Shown: one piece after another, positions 12,304 to 24,190 of the stretch
Layout of the letters: every line of letters starts with the position of its first letter
Position numbering within the stretch: the first letter of the stretch is position 1
DNA from: Vicugna vicugna
Lineage: Eukaryota
Assembly (NCBI GenBank): GCA_013265495.1
Contig: MU061668.1
Location: 248,001-312,000, forward strand
DNA: 64,000 nucleotides
Direction of reading: 5' to 3'
The notes under the pieces: model-generated
What the model saw: the letters and a program-made list of their open reading frames with translations, nothing else
What the model was told of the DNA's origin: nothing
Database searches by the model: none
Translations under genes and position numbers: made by a program

Positions 12304-12720
12304 TAGGAACATGGATGGACCTAGAGATGATCATACTAAGTGAAGTAAGTTAGACAAAGACAAATATCATATGATGTCACTTATATGTGGAATCTAAACA
12401 ATAATACAAATGAACCTCTTTACAAAACAGAAAGAGACTCACAGACACAGAAGACAAACTTATGCTTCCCAGGGGGGAAGGGGAGGAGGGATAAGTTCGG
12501 AGCTGTGGATTAGCAGACACAAACTACTGTATGAAAATAGATAAACAACAAGGTCCCATTGTACAGCACAGGGAATTACATTCAATATCTTGTAATAGCT
12601 TATAATGAAAAAGAATATGGAAAGAAAAATACATATGTGTGTATAACTGAATCACCACTCTGTACATCAGAAATTAACACATTGTAAATCATCTCCACTT
12701 TAATTAAAAAGGAAAAAAAA
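12304..12720 (+). mobile_element. Relatively young LINE-1 3' end with A-rich tail
   Basis: catggatggacctagagatgatcatactaagtgaagtaag...gaatctaaa...gtacagcacagggaattacattcaatatcttgtaata...actttaattaaaaaggaaaaaaaa. Confidence 0.92.
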
Positions 12721-12851
12721 GAATGTGCCGAGCCAACATCGCCTGGTGAAGTTACCTTGGCCAGTGGTCGTGAGGAGCTGGTGACACTCAGTACGAGCCT
12801 CCTTGTCAGCAGGGGAGGCCTCGGGGAGGCCCTGCACCGTGGTGACCTGCT

Positions 12852-13070
12852 GACTACGCCGACTGATCGTACTAACTAACAGAGCGAACTACGCTTGCTA
12901 ACAACGCCGGTCACACTATGCTCACGAGCACTGACACTGACAGTGCCAACTACGCTGACAAAACTACCGCCTGGACTAACGATGCTAGCCACCCTTAGCA
13001 ACTACACTAACTGGACAAGCTGTCTGATTACATGAACAATTCTGACTGTACTAAAAATACTCACACTAAG
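12852..13070 (+). repeat. Degenerate 9-bp tandem array (consensus about AACTACGCT/AACTACACT)
   Basis: Units: GACTACGCC 12852, AACTACGCT 12887 and 12948, AACAACGCC 12900, CACTATGCT 12914, AACGATGCT 12978, AACTACACT 13000. In-phase run 13026-13061: GATTACATG AACAATTCT GACTGTACT AAAAATACT. Confidence 0.65.
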
Positions 13071-13354
13071 GAAAAATCTAAGATAAAATGAGAAAATGAA
13101 CAAAGAAAAAGGAAAAAAGAAAAATAATACAGGAAAAAATAAGCAAACAACATGGAGGGGAAAAAAGGAAAAAACAAGCTGATGGAGCTGTGGTGGACGT
13201 CCAGCACCAGCAGGTCACCATGAGCAGCTTCCTGGGCTGTAGGGACCGAAGGCCTGGCCAGCGTGGGCGTGGATAGGTTTCTTGTAATTCCATCCCAGGG
13301 GCGTCTTGTGAGGTCAGAGCAAGAAATGGACCAGTCACGGCTGGGGACAAACCA

Positions 13355-13478
13355 CAGTGGTTTCCTCACTATTTGCTCTCAAGACCCCTTCACTCTAAAA
13401 AATAAATAAAGGACCCAAAGAGCTTTGTGCTTATGTGGGCTGCTAGAGACTGATACTTACTTTATTAGGAATTAAGAG
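13355..13478 (+). mobile_element. hAT-Charlie (Charlie1-like) DNA transposon 5' end
   Basis: cagtggtttcctcactatttgctctcaagaccccttcactctaaaaaataaataaaggacccaaagagctttgtgcttatgtggg matches the recalled Charlie1 terminus. Confidence 0.7.
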
Positions 13479-13479
13479 T

Positions 13480-15150
13480 GCAGGCGTCAGACTGTTAGAA
13501 CTTCAGGATGCTAAATGTAATCTCACGGTAACCAGAAAGAAAAGGGCCACAGGATATACACAAAAGGAAAGGAGAAAGGTGTTAAAATGGGTCACCACAA
13601 GAACTCAGCGAAGAGCAAAATGAAACGGCCATGCAGGAAGTGAGGGACAAAAGCCATGAGGCGTACAGAAAGCAAACAGCAAAACAACAGAAATAAGTCT
13701 TTCCTTGTCAGTAATTACTTTAAATGTAAATGGATTAAATTCTCCGTGCAGAAGACAGACTGGCAGAATAGATGAGAACGCATGATCCAACCACGCTACC
13801 TTTAAGAGACTCATTTTAGTTCCAAAGACACAAAAAGTTGGAACATGAAAAATATAGAAAAATACAGTCCATGCCAACAGAAACCACAAGAGAGCAGGGT
13901 GGCAGTTCTAACTTCAGACGAACAGGCTTTAAATCAGAAAAGGTCACAAGAGACAAAGAAGACACTGTATATGGATACGGGGCTCAGTACGGAAGTATAG
14001 AAGATACACATTGACGCACTAATCACAGACCATCAAAATATATGAAGCAAAAATGGACAGAACTGAGGAAGAAACAGTCGGTTCTCCCTCCTAGCTGGAG
14101 CCTTCAGTGGCCCCACGGTCAGCGATGGACGGAACAACCTGACTAGGTAAGTGAGGAAGGGGAGACTTGAACGAGACAATGAGCCACCAGGTCCGACAGG
14201 CACACACGGCCCCACCCACCAACACACACACACACACACACACACTCCTCTCCAGAGCACACAGGGCCCACTGCGGGACCGACCGTGTGTCAGACGGCGG
14301 TTTACACCCCAGGAGACCGTAGAAGATGGGGATCACACAGCGTGTGTTCTCCGACCACAGAGGGATGAGGTGAGAAGCCGGCAACAGAGGAGAAGTGGAA
14401 AGTCCACACGTTTGTGGGAAGTGCACAACACACTCTTCAAGAGCCCTTGTGTCAAGGAAGGACACAAGGGAAATGGGAAAGCACTTAGAGACGACGGAGA
14501 GTGGAACAGGACATACCAAACGCGGGGCGCAGCAGAGCAGGGCCGAGAGGGAAATTCTTATCTATAAATGGTTACATGAAAACAAGACCTCAGCTCAATA
14601 CAACTTAGGAAGGGAAACCCAAAGCTACCAGGAGGAAGCGGACACGGAAGCCTAGAGCAGAGACAACAGGGACCAGAAAAGCAACAGAGGAAATCAGCAA
14701 GAGCAGAGGGTTCTTCGGAAGGATTCACAAAGCTGACAAGACGGTCGGCTACACTGACAAAGAGGAAAGGAGACAAGTCGTTACACTCAGAAATGAGCGT
14801 GGGGACATCATCACTGGCTGCAGAGAAACAAACAGGGTTGTAAGAGAGCACCACGGCCAGCTGCACTCCCTATAGACCGGGTGACCTGGATAAAACGGCA
14901 GACTCCTAGACACACAGGACCCGCCAGGACCGAGCCACAGGGCAAGCGGCAATCTGAATAGACTCACAGCTGGTCAGGCGGCTGGATCGGCGATGAAACA
15001 CAAACCCTCTAGACCCGACTGACAGCTCCACTGGTGAATTCCAAGTGTTTAAAGAACAACTTACTCTGATCCTGCTCAGACTCGTCCAGGAAAATTCAGG
15101 AGAAAGAACACTTCCTAGCTGAGCGCGAGGCCGGCCCTGCCTCGACGCCC
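13480..15150 (+). mobile_element. Old LINE-1 (L1M) inter-ORF / ORF2 endonuclease region, decayed
   Basis: tcagtaattactttaaatgtaaatggattaaattctcc (ITLNVNGLNS of ORF2 EN), catgatccaac, aagagactcattttag, acactcagaaatgagcgtggggacatca. Many stops and frameshifts. Confidence 0.88.
14222..14245 (+). repeat. (AC)12 microsatellite
   Basis: Direct reading. Confidence 0.95.
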
Positions 15151-16159
15151 CGAACAGCTCTGGCCCACCCTCCAGACAGTCACCAGAGGCTGCTTCTGAG
15201 ATAACCGGCCAGAATTCTAGATTCTTCTAAAATATCAAAGCCAGTTCTTTGCCCAGAGACTCAAATCTGGTCCCTGTAAGGTCTGTCTACTTCCTGTGTC
15301 CAGGGAGGAACAGCGGTGCTTCCAGAACGAGGCTGAACACACACGGACCCCACCCAAGGGCCCGGCCCCCCGCAGACGGGCCCGGAGCGGACGGGACACA
15401 GCTGAAGGGAGTGCTGGGGAGCAGGAAGGCCAGCCTGCGGAAACCGCTCAGGAGATGGGAGGTCAGAGCCGGCCCCGAGGGACAAGAAGGCTCAGGAAGC
15501 TCTCAGCAGAATCCCAGGGGAGGGAAGGGGGGATGGGAGAACCAGAATGGAACGTCCCCCAAGCCAGGGCATTTCCCGCCCAGGCAACCACCGGCTTCCC
15601 TCCAGCCTGCCCCCGGACTCCAAGGAGGTGAGGGGAAAGCAAGAGGACATTAACTGAGCGCTACCACCTGTCACACGCGCCCCACCCACAGCCCAGCTGA
15701 GAGGCCCGTGGGCTGCGGGCTGAGACCTCTGCCCACGTCACGGGGGGTGGCAGGTGCTCACTGTATCTCGTTGGGCTTCATGCTCTCAGTGCTTTGCCCA
15801 AGGACATGCATACAGCAGGTGCTCACTACAGACTGCTGAACGATTGTGAAATCCGAGGCCTGGCAAGCTCAGCGTCCGATCCGTGGTGACAGCGGGGAAG
15901 ACGAGGAGAAAGGATTTGGATTCAGAGTTGTGCCCCCCACCCCCACCCCCACGCCATGCCTCTACTTCCATTTCTAAGAAATGTGTGCTCACCTCCGAGG
16001 CCACCTGCTCAGCCCCGAGTCCAGCACCTCCGGACAGGCTGCAGGACAGGGTCTCCCCGGCACCCCCGCCCATGTCTCTGACTTGGAACCAGCTCCCGGT
16101 CCGTCCTGGGGCGAGGGTTCAGCTCTGTGTACCCAGCACAGCAAGCGTTCTCAGCTGCC

Positions 16160-16240
16160 TCCCTCTTTCTTTTTTTTTAAATCAAAGTATAGTCATGTAC
16201 AACGTATCAGTTCCTGGTGTACAGCGCAATGTTGCAGCCA
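16160..16240 (-). mobile_element. Short LINE-1 3' tail fragment
   Basis: T-run followed by aaatcaaagtatagtcatgtacaacgtatcagttcctggtgtacagc. Confidence 0.65.
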
Positions 16241-16244
16241 CCCA

Positions 16245-16318
16245 GCTGCCTTCTGAGTCAGACATGATAAGGACCAGGCCTGGAAATCTGCATTTTCAGC
16301 AAGTCCCACAGGCGACTC
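16245..16318. mobile_element. MER5A-like hAT MITE fragment
   Basis: ttctgagtcag...aggcctggaaatctgcattttcagcaagtcccacaggcgactct. Confidence 0.65.
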
Positions 16319-16319
16319 T

Positions 16320-16525
16320 TTTTTTAAAAATTTTTTTATCAAAGTGCAGTTGATTTACGATGTTAGTTTCAGGTGTACAGCAAAGTGACTCAGATATACA
16401 TACATATATATTTTTTCTTTTTAGATTCTTTCCTATTATTTGTTATTACAAGAAATTAAATATAGTTCCCTGTGCTCTACGCTAGGTCTCTGTTGTTCAT
16501 CTATTTTATACACAGCATTGTATAA
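16320..16525 (-). mobile_element. LINE-1 3' tail fragment (artiodactyl-type)
   Basis: gttgatttacgatgttagtttcaggtgtacagcaaagtgactcagatatacat...atatagttccctgtgct. Confidence 0.85.
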
Positions 16526-19500
16526 AACCCTTTCTGACTTGGAGCGGTTGGGTGTTCCACGTCCTGGCTCTGCGCTTGAAAACCACGTCACCGCAGGGAA
16601 GCTGTTTAGTGTTTCTCAGCCTCAATTTCCCAGAGCTGGACAAATGAGGCTCATCACCCTCACGCAGGGGCGAGGCCCCAACCCGCGGCGAACACTCGTT
16701 AAATGGTATGTATTCCTACCAGTGACCACGAGTTTACTTCAAGGGGCTGATGGAAGCCAGGGAGAAAAAAGGAAAAAGACAATGGCTCACCCCCAGAAAG
16801 CCCCCGCCCCCTAGCCGCAGACCTGGCACTCCTTCTGGGCTCTCCGCGCAGTTACTCACTCTTTTCAAACGCCAAACTCTGCAAACCTCTCCTCATCCCC
16901 CTAAATAAGTCATGAAAGGGCTCCAAGTCCGGGGCCTCCGGAGCCTCCCCTGGAATAAGCAAAAAGCAGACACACACCCTCCGGGAACAAGGCGCAAAGT
17001 CCTACGTTTGCAAAATGGTCAAAAATGACTCATTGCGTTTGTGGAAAATGAATACATCTGATCTCGCACATGTTTTGCCTCGGGGAAGAGCAGTGCACAC
17101 GGATTCTCAAACAACCTTCTCCCGACAAAAGCGTTCTCTGCTGCTCCAGGGGGCTGGACGGCCAAGCAGAAGGGGGGGGGGCTCAGATCATTTGCGTCTA
17201 AAGAGAAATTACCTCACCACGCAGGGACCCTGGGGAGGGCGTGGGAAACAGGGGGCCCCTCAGGGGCCGTTGCCCTCACGTTGAGCAAAGACCATCAGCT
17301 CACACTGGCCCATGAGCACCTCACTTAGGCTAATGAAATCCCGGCGCCGCTGTCTCTCTGAGTCATGAGAGGTGGTCCCTTATGCCCAGTATTTGCAGGG
17401 AGGGTTGGCTGTGGGTTTGGGGGCGGCAGGGGTTCTCCATCGAGTGGGGTGAATGGTCCACTTTTCCTTTTCCCTCCAAGTTCAGTGCCTGAAAGCATTT
17501 ACGGGTCCTGCATCCAATTAAACAAGCAGGAGTCTGTGCCTCTTCTCTGAAGCCGTCGTGCCGGGGCCGTAGGTGGCACCAAGGTGAGTTCACCCCGCTG
17601 AGGCCCTGGGTGCCTGCTGTGTGCCTGGCGGGTGCTGGCCCCACCCGGAAATGTCCCAGGGCCTCAACCCGGCTCCCTTACTCTGCCTGGGGGAGCAAGA
17701 CCAGTGCTCATGTCACAGGACACAGAGCGGCATGAACGTGGATATCGAAGTGAGCACAGCAGCCATGGAACGCCAGGGGCGGGCGGGGCGGGGGGCCGGT
17801 GGCACTTCAGCCGCGGCGCCCCCGCAGCCTCAGGGAGGCGGCAGCTGGGGGGATTCTGAGAAAGGAGGTGGAGGAAACAGCCCAGGGTACACATCTACAA
17901 GCCAGAAGGCAGGCAGGGAACCAGCGGATGCATTTAGACGGGCGAGTAGCACCGTTTGGCGGGAGCAGAAGGTGTGGGGGGGACCTCAGCGGAAAGCCAG
18001 GCTGCGCAGGTGGGAGGTGCCGGCTGAGACATCCTGAGACTCCCAGTGGAGACCGTGGCAGGAGAAGCAGGGGCTCTCCCTCAGCCCAGCTCCCTCCGGG
18101 CGGGCCTGAGAGGGCAGAGGACCATGGAGAGGACACCCAGCAGGGCCTGGGCTCATTTCTGGAACAGACCTCGCAGATACTCTTCCCTCGAAAACCAGCT
18201 CCACAGCCGTCCTGGGGCCAGCGACCCAAAGCCGGGGGGAGGGAGGGGGCCAGATCTGAACAGTCTGAGGGCTGCCGGCCCCGAGCAAAGGGAGGGCCTT
18301 GCTGGGGAGCCAAGGATGGGACGTGTGGCCCAGGCCTGACGCCCGTGTCGACAGCCCGGGGTGAAACACAGGTCCGGCGCAGGACGGAGCCCCGTCAGGA
18401 CCCGAACCCGGCACTTTCAAGTGCTAGCAGTCTGTCTCACCACGAGCCCTGAAGGTCTGGCCCCGGGAGAGCACCCAGCCACGTGGGCCGGCGTCGTTGG
18501 GTGGGGTCTCTGGCCTCGAAGATCTTACACACAGCCTTCCCTGCCCCACCACCGGCAGAGCTCCCCCTGCCCGGCTCCTCAGCTCCGAGCGTCCTGCTGA
18601 GAACCGTCTGGCCTGAGCTGTGAACATATGTTCCACTCTGCGCACAGCCCCACCCGCGTCCTGTTCCCACCACGCAGCCAAGCCACCGGGCTCCGGGTCC
18701 TTGCACGAGCTGTCCCCCACCTCCCCCGCACGGAGAATCCGCCTCCCTCCTCAGGGCTCAGTTTCAACAGCACTGCTTTCAAAAACCACTTTCTTGACAT
18801 CCCCGCCGCCTACCCCCCGCCCCAGCCACACACAGGATGCTGAGACGGAGGTTGGGGGGTGGGCCAGACGCTCGCCATCCTGCGGGTTCATTCATCCTGC
18901 ACACACCTCCACATCTCCCTGCACCCCACGTGAGGAGCCCAGCTGAACTCTCTGGTCCCAGGAGATCTTGGTGAAGGGCCCCATCTCAGCCATCGGTGAG
19001 TGTGTCAGACAGAGAGGGGGGTTATCAGATCCCAAAGGAGCAAGGAGTGGGCCAGTGGGACCTCAGCCTCCTACCCCCGTGCGAATCCCCTTCCAACACA
19101 GTTGCACACCCCCAGTGACAGGAGGCTCACTACTCAGCACCCCTCCCCCAAACAGTTCTTGATTTTCAGTGAATTTTCTGAGAGGTCATACATGGGTACC
19201 ACTCACAGCCCAGCAACAGCACAGGGACCTTGAAAAGCCTGGAGGCCATTCCTGTCCCCACTTCCAGAGGGAACATTCTAACAGCTGCCTGTGTCACCTG
19301 CCACTGCTCATTTATGCAAACGTTATAAGTAAGAAATCATGTTCTTATATCTGACTTTTTCTTACCCAAAATGTAACATGAGGCACACACTCTCCTGTAC
19401 CTGGCTCTGTTTGCAGACAGCACACCTTGGCCTCTTCCCCGACAGTGGCCAAGGGCGCCCTCCTCTCTCACGGCTGCCCATGCTCCAGGGTGGGCCTCGG

Positions 19501-22003
19501 GCCCCACCTCAAGCAGCTTTTGTGGGCACTGGGCTGTCCCAGAACATCCGCCAGGCCTCCTCCTGCATCTCCTGGACACCCCGAATCCCAGGGCATCTCC
19601 TCTAGCTCCTTCATGCGCAGGGTGACCACTGCCCCCAGCTGCTTCTGCTCTGTCTCCCTGGCTTGAGCCCCCACTCGTGTCTCCTGGGCTGAGTGCCTGG
19701 GTACAGAACTGGGACTTTGCTGACTCCAGGAAGCCCCCAAGGATGCAGCCACCCGCACCTCTGTCTCTGGCTCTGCAGGCAGCCTGCCTGACACCCCCAG
19801 CTCCAGGCCCGGGACGAGCTCTTCTCTCCCTAGCCTGGTCACGGGAAGATGCGGATTCCCCATCTGCTGCCAGTGACTCTGAAACTGCCTCCTTGCCTCT
19901 CCTTCCCGCCCCTCTCCCACCACAGGCCACTGTCTGCCAGGCCCCACGGCCTTCCTGGGCCCCCAGCTCAAGTCTTGAGGCTGCCTGGCCCAGGCAGTGC
20001 CCCCAAGAGGGGTGGGGAGCACGGGGAGGCGGAGGGGTCTTGGCCACAAGCCCAGGAACATGCACGTCAGTCTGCTCCGTGCACCGCGGAGACGCCCGCA
20101 TGGTCAAGGCCACCGGCCTCCACCAAGGAGACTTGCCCCACCCGCCCAGCCTGGCTCCAGGGGCTGTGCGCTGGGAAGCTTCTGGTCCTACATGGGTCAC
20201 AGCCCAGGAGAACCTCCATCAGCCCTGACGGGAAGGGCCACCAGGCCAGGTGAAGCCCCTGTGGCAAGCTGGCCCTCTTGCTCCAGGACACCAGCCAGCA
20301 CAGCACCACCAAGGTGCCCGGGCGGCGGGCAGGGCCAGACCTCATCGGAGAGAAAGCAAAGCACATGGTTTCACCGGTGCCACCGCTCCCAGGACGCAGA
20401 CACACGGACAGAGGCCGATGACACACATACCTGACACTGCGGGCGCTTTCTCCTTCAGACCTGCAACAAGAGAGAACACGCGCTTAGAGTGCAGACGGTC
20501 CGCTGCAGGGGACCCGCGTGAGGACGCGCGGCCCGGGGCCCAGGGGCCCCCCACCAGGGGCCCCTCCTCCAGCCCTCAGCCAGCTGCCCCAGCCCAGCCC
20601 CGGCCACCCCTGGAAGCTTCAGGCCCCTCCCCGCGACTGTCATTGTTTTCCCAGGAGTTGGGGAGCAACCCCAGAGCTGGGGGGCTGTGGTTCCAGAACT
20701 CTGGGCACTGGGCTCTGGGAGACAGGGACTGAATGGACGAATGAGTGACTGAACAAATGATGGCGAGCCGTGCAGCCGGCCCCGCCGCCTCCCCTGCTTG
20801 GTATTTGCAGCGTTATTTCTCCACTCCCAGCTCTATTTTCAAGAACCCAGAAATCAATTACACGGCTTTACAAAGGAGACAAGCCTGAATGTCAAGAAAC
20901 TGGACAATTAGATCGTATCACGCACACTTGAACTTTCACAGAGAGGAGGAAACACGCGGCATCCGTCAGCAGCACCGCCGTCCGCTCTAGAAACCAAGGG
21001 CAAGGGACTGGGGATTAAACGCACGCGGCTCAGGGCTAAAGACGCGGCTGGGCTCCCCGCGCCTGAAGGGGCCAAGGGTGAGAGCGAGCGCGTTCGTGGA
21101 TCTAATCCCTGGACACCCCCGATGGGTTTTATGGCCAGAGAGGCTGGGGAAGAAAAACACGCTTAACCTAGAGTCAGACGCCTTTCCTTTGGGCAAATTG
21201 CCTTTCTGGTCATCTTGCAGACTGGCTGCCCGTCCCCGTCGGCATGGAGGCCAGGGGACGCTTCTCCCTGCGCCAGCCGTGCTGGTCTCAGGAGACCACC
21301 CTGCCCCTCCCCCGTCCGCTGTGTCAGTGAAGACGCTGCCCCGGGTGCCTTTCAAGCTGGCGGACTGGCCGGCACGGGGCCGCTTCTGGAGGACACTGCT
21401 GCTGGTGCCTGGATACTGCTGCCCACGCCTCTCGTGGTGGCCGCACGACACCTGCCACGGCCACAGGCCACTTCCTGTCTCAGCACAGGCACAAAACTGG
21501 AAATAATGCCAAGGACAGCGATGAGGAGAGACACTCCTTATTTGGTCCTAAGTTCCAGGCCCTGGGCTGGGCTGACACATGGCATCAGTGATCTTCACAG
21601 CCACCTGGCAGGTCCGGCAAGGTGCCCCTGCATAGACGGGGGCAGAGGGTCCTGGAGGCTGTGTTAAGTGCCGGTCACACGACTGGCCAGCGCCCAGGTG
21701 CGTTTTGAGCCCAGACTTGCCAACCCTACCCGCTCAGCAGCCAGCAAAGCAGATTCTCGTGTAGAAGTCTGGGCAGAGGTGACGGGGGGGGGGGGTGACG
21801 GAAGGGGACACAGGGCTTGCAGGCGCTCCTGCTGTGTGACTCCTGACTGGGGACTGGCTACCCAGGAGCGATCCTCTGATCTGTAAGAAATAGGTATTTG
21901 ACCACTCAGATGGCCAGAAGCCATTCCTCAGATGCACCGGGTCCTCACCCACAGCTCCGGCGCCCGGCGTTTCCCGAGCAGTAAGAGCACCGGGAGCACC
22001 ACG

Positions 22004-22700
22004 TGTTACAACGTGTGGTCTCTGGTCTCGGCTTCGGAGCCGTGAAGGTGAAACGGTGTCCTGTTATTCACAACAAGCCCCTTCCACCAGGACCGGGTCA
22101 CGTTGGGGAGGTGACTCAGGAAAGCATCTAAGGATGGGGCTGGTCGCCAAGGGAGCCGATCAGCGACCCGAGGGGTGGAGCTTTCAGCCCCGTCCCGACT
22201 CCTGGGAGGGGAGAGGGGCTGGAGGTCGAATCACCGTCAATGGCCAATGATGTGATCAGTCATGTCTATGTAATGAAGCCTCCCCCAAAACCCAAGAGGA
22301 CAGGCGTCAGCGCTTCTGGGTCTGGGAACACGAGGAGACGCTGGGACAGCTGTGCGCTCAGAGAGGGCACGGGAGCTCCGACCCTCCCCACAGTGCACCA
22401 CCTGGCTGTTTCTGACTCACATCCTTCTATCATAAGCCAGTCATCTAGTGCGTACACTGGCTGAGTTCTGTGAGCCGCTCCAGCAAACGAATCGAACCCA
22501 AGGTGGAGGTGGTGGCAGCTTCTGATTTATAGCCTGGTGGTCAGACGCACAGGGAAATACCCAGGTCTGCGACTGGCACCTCACGTGGAGGCAGCCTTGT
22601 GGGGCTGAGCCCTTCCCCAGGGGGGTCTGACACGGCCTCCAGTGGACAGCGGCAGAACTGGGTTGAATTGTAGGACAGCCGGCGTGTGCAGGACGCACGT
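22004..22700 (+). mobile_element. ERVL solo LTR, MER21B/C-like
   Basis: Colinear matches to the recalled MER21 consensus: ggatggggctggtc, ggaggggagaggggctgga, caatggccaatgat, tatgtaatgaagcctcc, ctgagttctgtgagccgctccagcaaacgaatcgaaccc, cttgtggggctgagccctt. Confidence 0.85.
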
Positions 22701-23699
22701 GCGCACGTCGGAATTAGGAGCTGGGGCTCCACAGGTGAGCTGGCGGCGCGAAAACTCGCCCTCCCCCGTACTTAGCACACAGGCACTCTCAGTACAGGTG
22801 CTGGTTTATAGGAAGCATTGAAAAGAAACGCGAAAGGCGGAAGGAGCCGGGGGACAGATGTCGTAAGGCCAGCCGCGAGCGCGTAGCGGCTGAAGCTGGG
22901 TGCATGGCGGGGGTCTTCTTACCGCTTTGCCTGCTTCCGGGCATGTTTGACGGTTCCCCCAGGAGAAAGTTGAAAACACAAAACGCAAGAGTAGGTGAGT
23001 CGGGGGGCCTGCATTCCCAGACTCCGGCTAAGTCAGGTGGTGAGTGGGACACACGATAAACCGTGGCTTCTCAGAGCGGGGCTCGGAGAGGCTGGAGAAA
23101 CCGTCCCCCCTCACCACAGCCACGGCACAGAGAGGGATTCGAATCAGACCATCGTCATGACCGTGGCACCCCTCTGGGTGGGACCCCTCAGCGAATCTGC
23201 GCAAAGCCACGGGCCGCACTCCAGGAAAACGCACACACTCAAGAGCACCTCCAGGCACGTGCGCCGGCCACACGTGGCGGCGTTTGGGACAGCTGGCTCT
23301 GACTTTGCTTGTGTGCGCCCCAGCCCCGGGGCTTAACTACCTGGGGCTGTGCTGGCCTGGGGAAAGAGCTGGCCAATGCGCACTTCAAGGTCAGGAAGAT
23401 AAACAGCCCAGGAGACGATGCCGAACAGAAGCGGTGGTGTGTTCCCTGCAGCCGGCGGACGGGAGGAGACGAGGTCCCCGTGTCACTGGGCCGGGGCTGG
23501 GGTGGGAGGAATTCTGAGACGTTGGTCAAGGGTGAAAGGCCTACTTCTGTAGGACGGGTGAGTCTAGAGAGGCAACGCCCAGCAGGATGACTGCAGCTCC
23601 TAACACACACCGTGCCGCGGACGCTCCCCAGGAGACGGACACAAGGTGCGCACAGCGCCACAGAAAGGACGATGTGCTAATTAGCTTGATGGTAGTAAG

Positions 23700-24190
23700 C
23701 CTGAACTCCCGATTTATACACCCCCATTTCCCCCCTCATAACCTTAAGTTTGTTTTCTATGTCTGTGAGCCTATTTCTGTTTTGTAAATAAGTTCAGTGG
23801 TGTCTTTTTAAAGATTCCACATTTAAGTGATGTCATATGGCATTTTTCTTTCTCTTTCTGGCTTACTTCACTTAGCGTGATGGTCTCCAAGTCCATCCGT
23901 NNNNNNNNNNNNNNNNNNNNNNNNNNNNNNNNNNNNNNNNNNNNNNNNNNNNNNNNNNNNNNNNNNNNNNNNNNNNNNNNNNNNNNNNNNNNNNNNNNNN
24001 NNNNNNNNNNNNNNNNNNNNNNNNNNNNNNNNNNNNNNNNNNNNNNNNNNNNNNNNNTGCATATAGTATTTTGAATTAGAGTTCCCTCCAGATATATGCC
24101 CAGGAGTGGGATTGCTGGATCATAAGGTAAGTCTGTTTTTAATCTTTTGAGGAATCTCCATCTTGTTTTCCATAGTGGCTGCACCAATGT
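23700..24190 (-). mobile_element. Young LINE-1 3' region spanning an N-gap
   Basis: Minus-strand ORF 23771-24187 reads MVQPLWKTRWRFLKRLKTDLPYDPAIPLLGIY...MDLETITLSEVSQKEKEKCHMTSL, the L1 ORF2 C-terminus and 3' region. Confidence 0.92.
23901..24057. other. Assembly gap (N run)
   Basis: Run of N inside L1. Confidence 0.98.

Noticed and set aside
12852-13070. Nonamer array as a CRISPR-like array or tripeptide-repeat CDS
   Set aside because: No repeat-spacer architecture, eukaryotic context, and stops in every frame.
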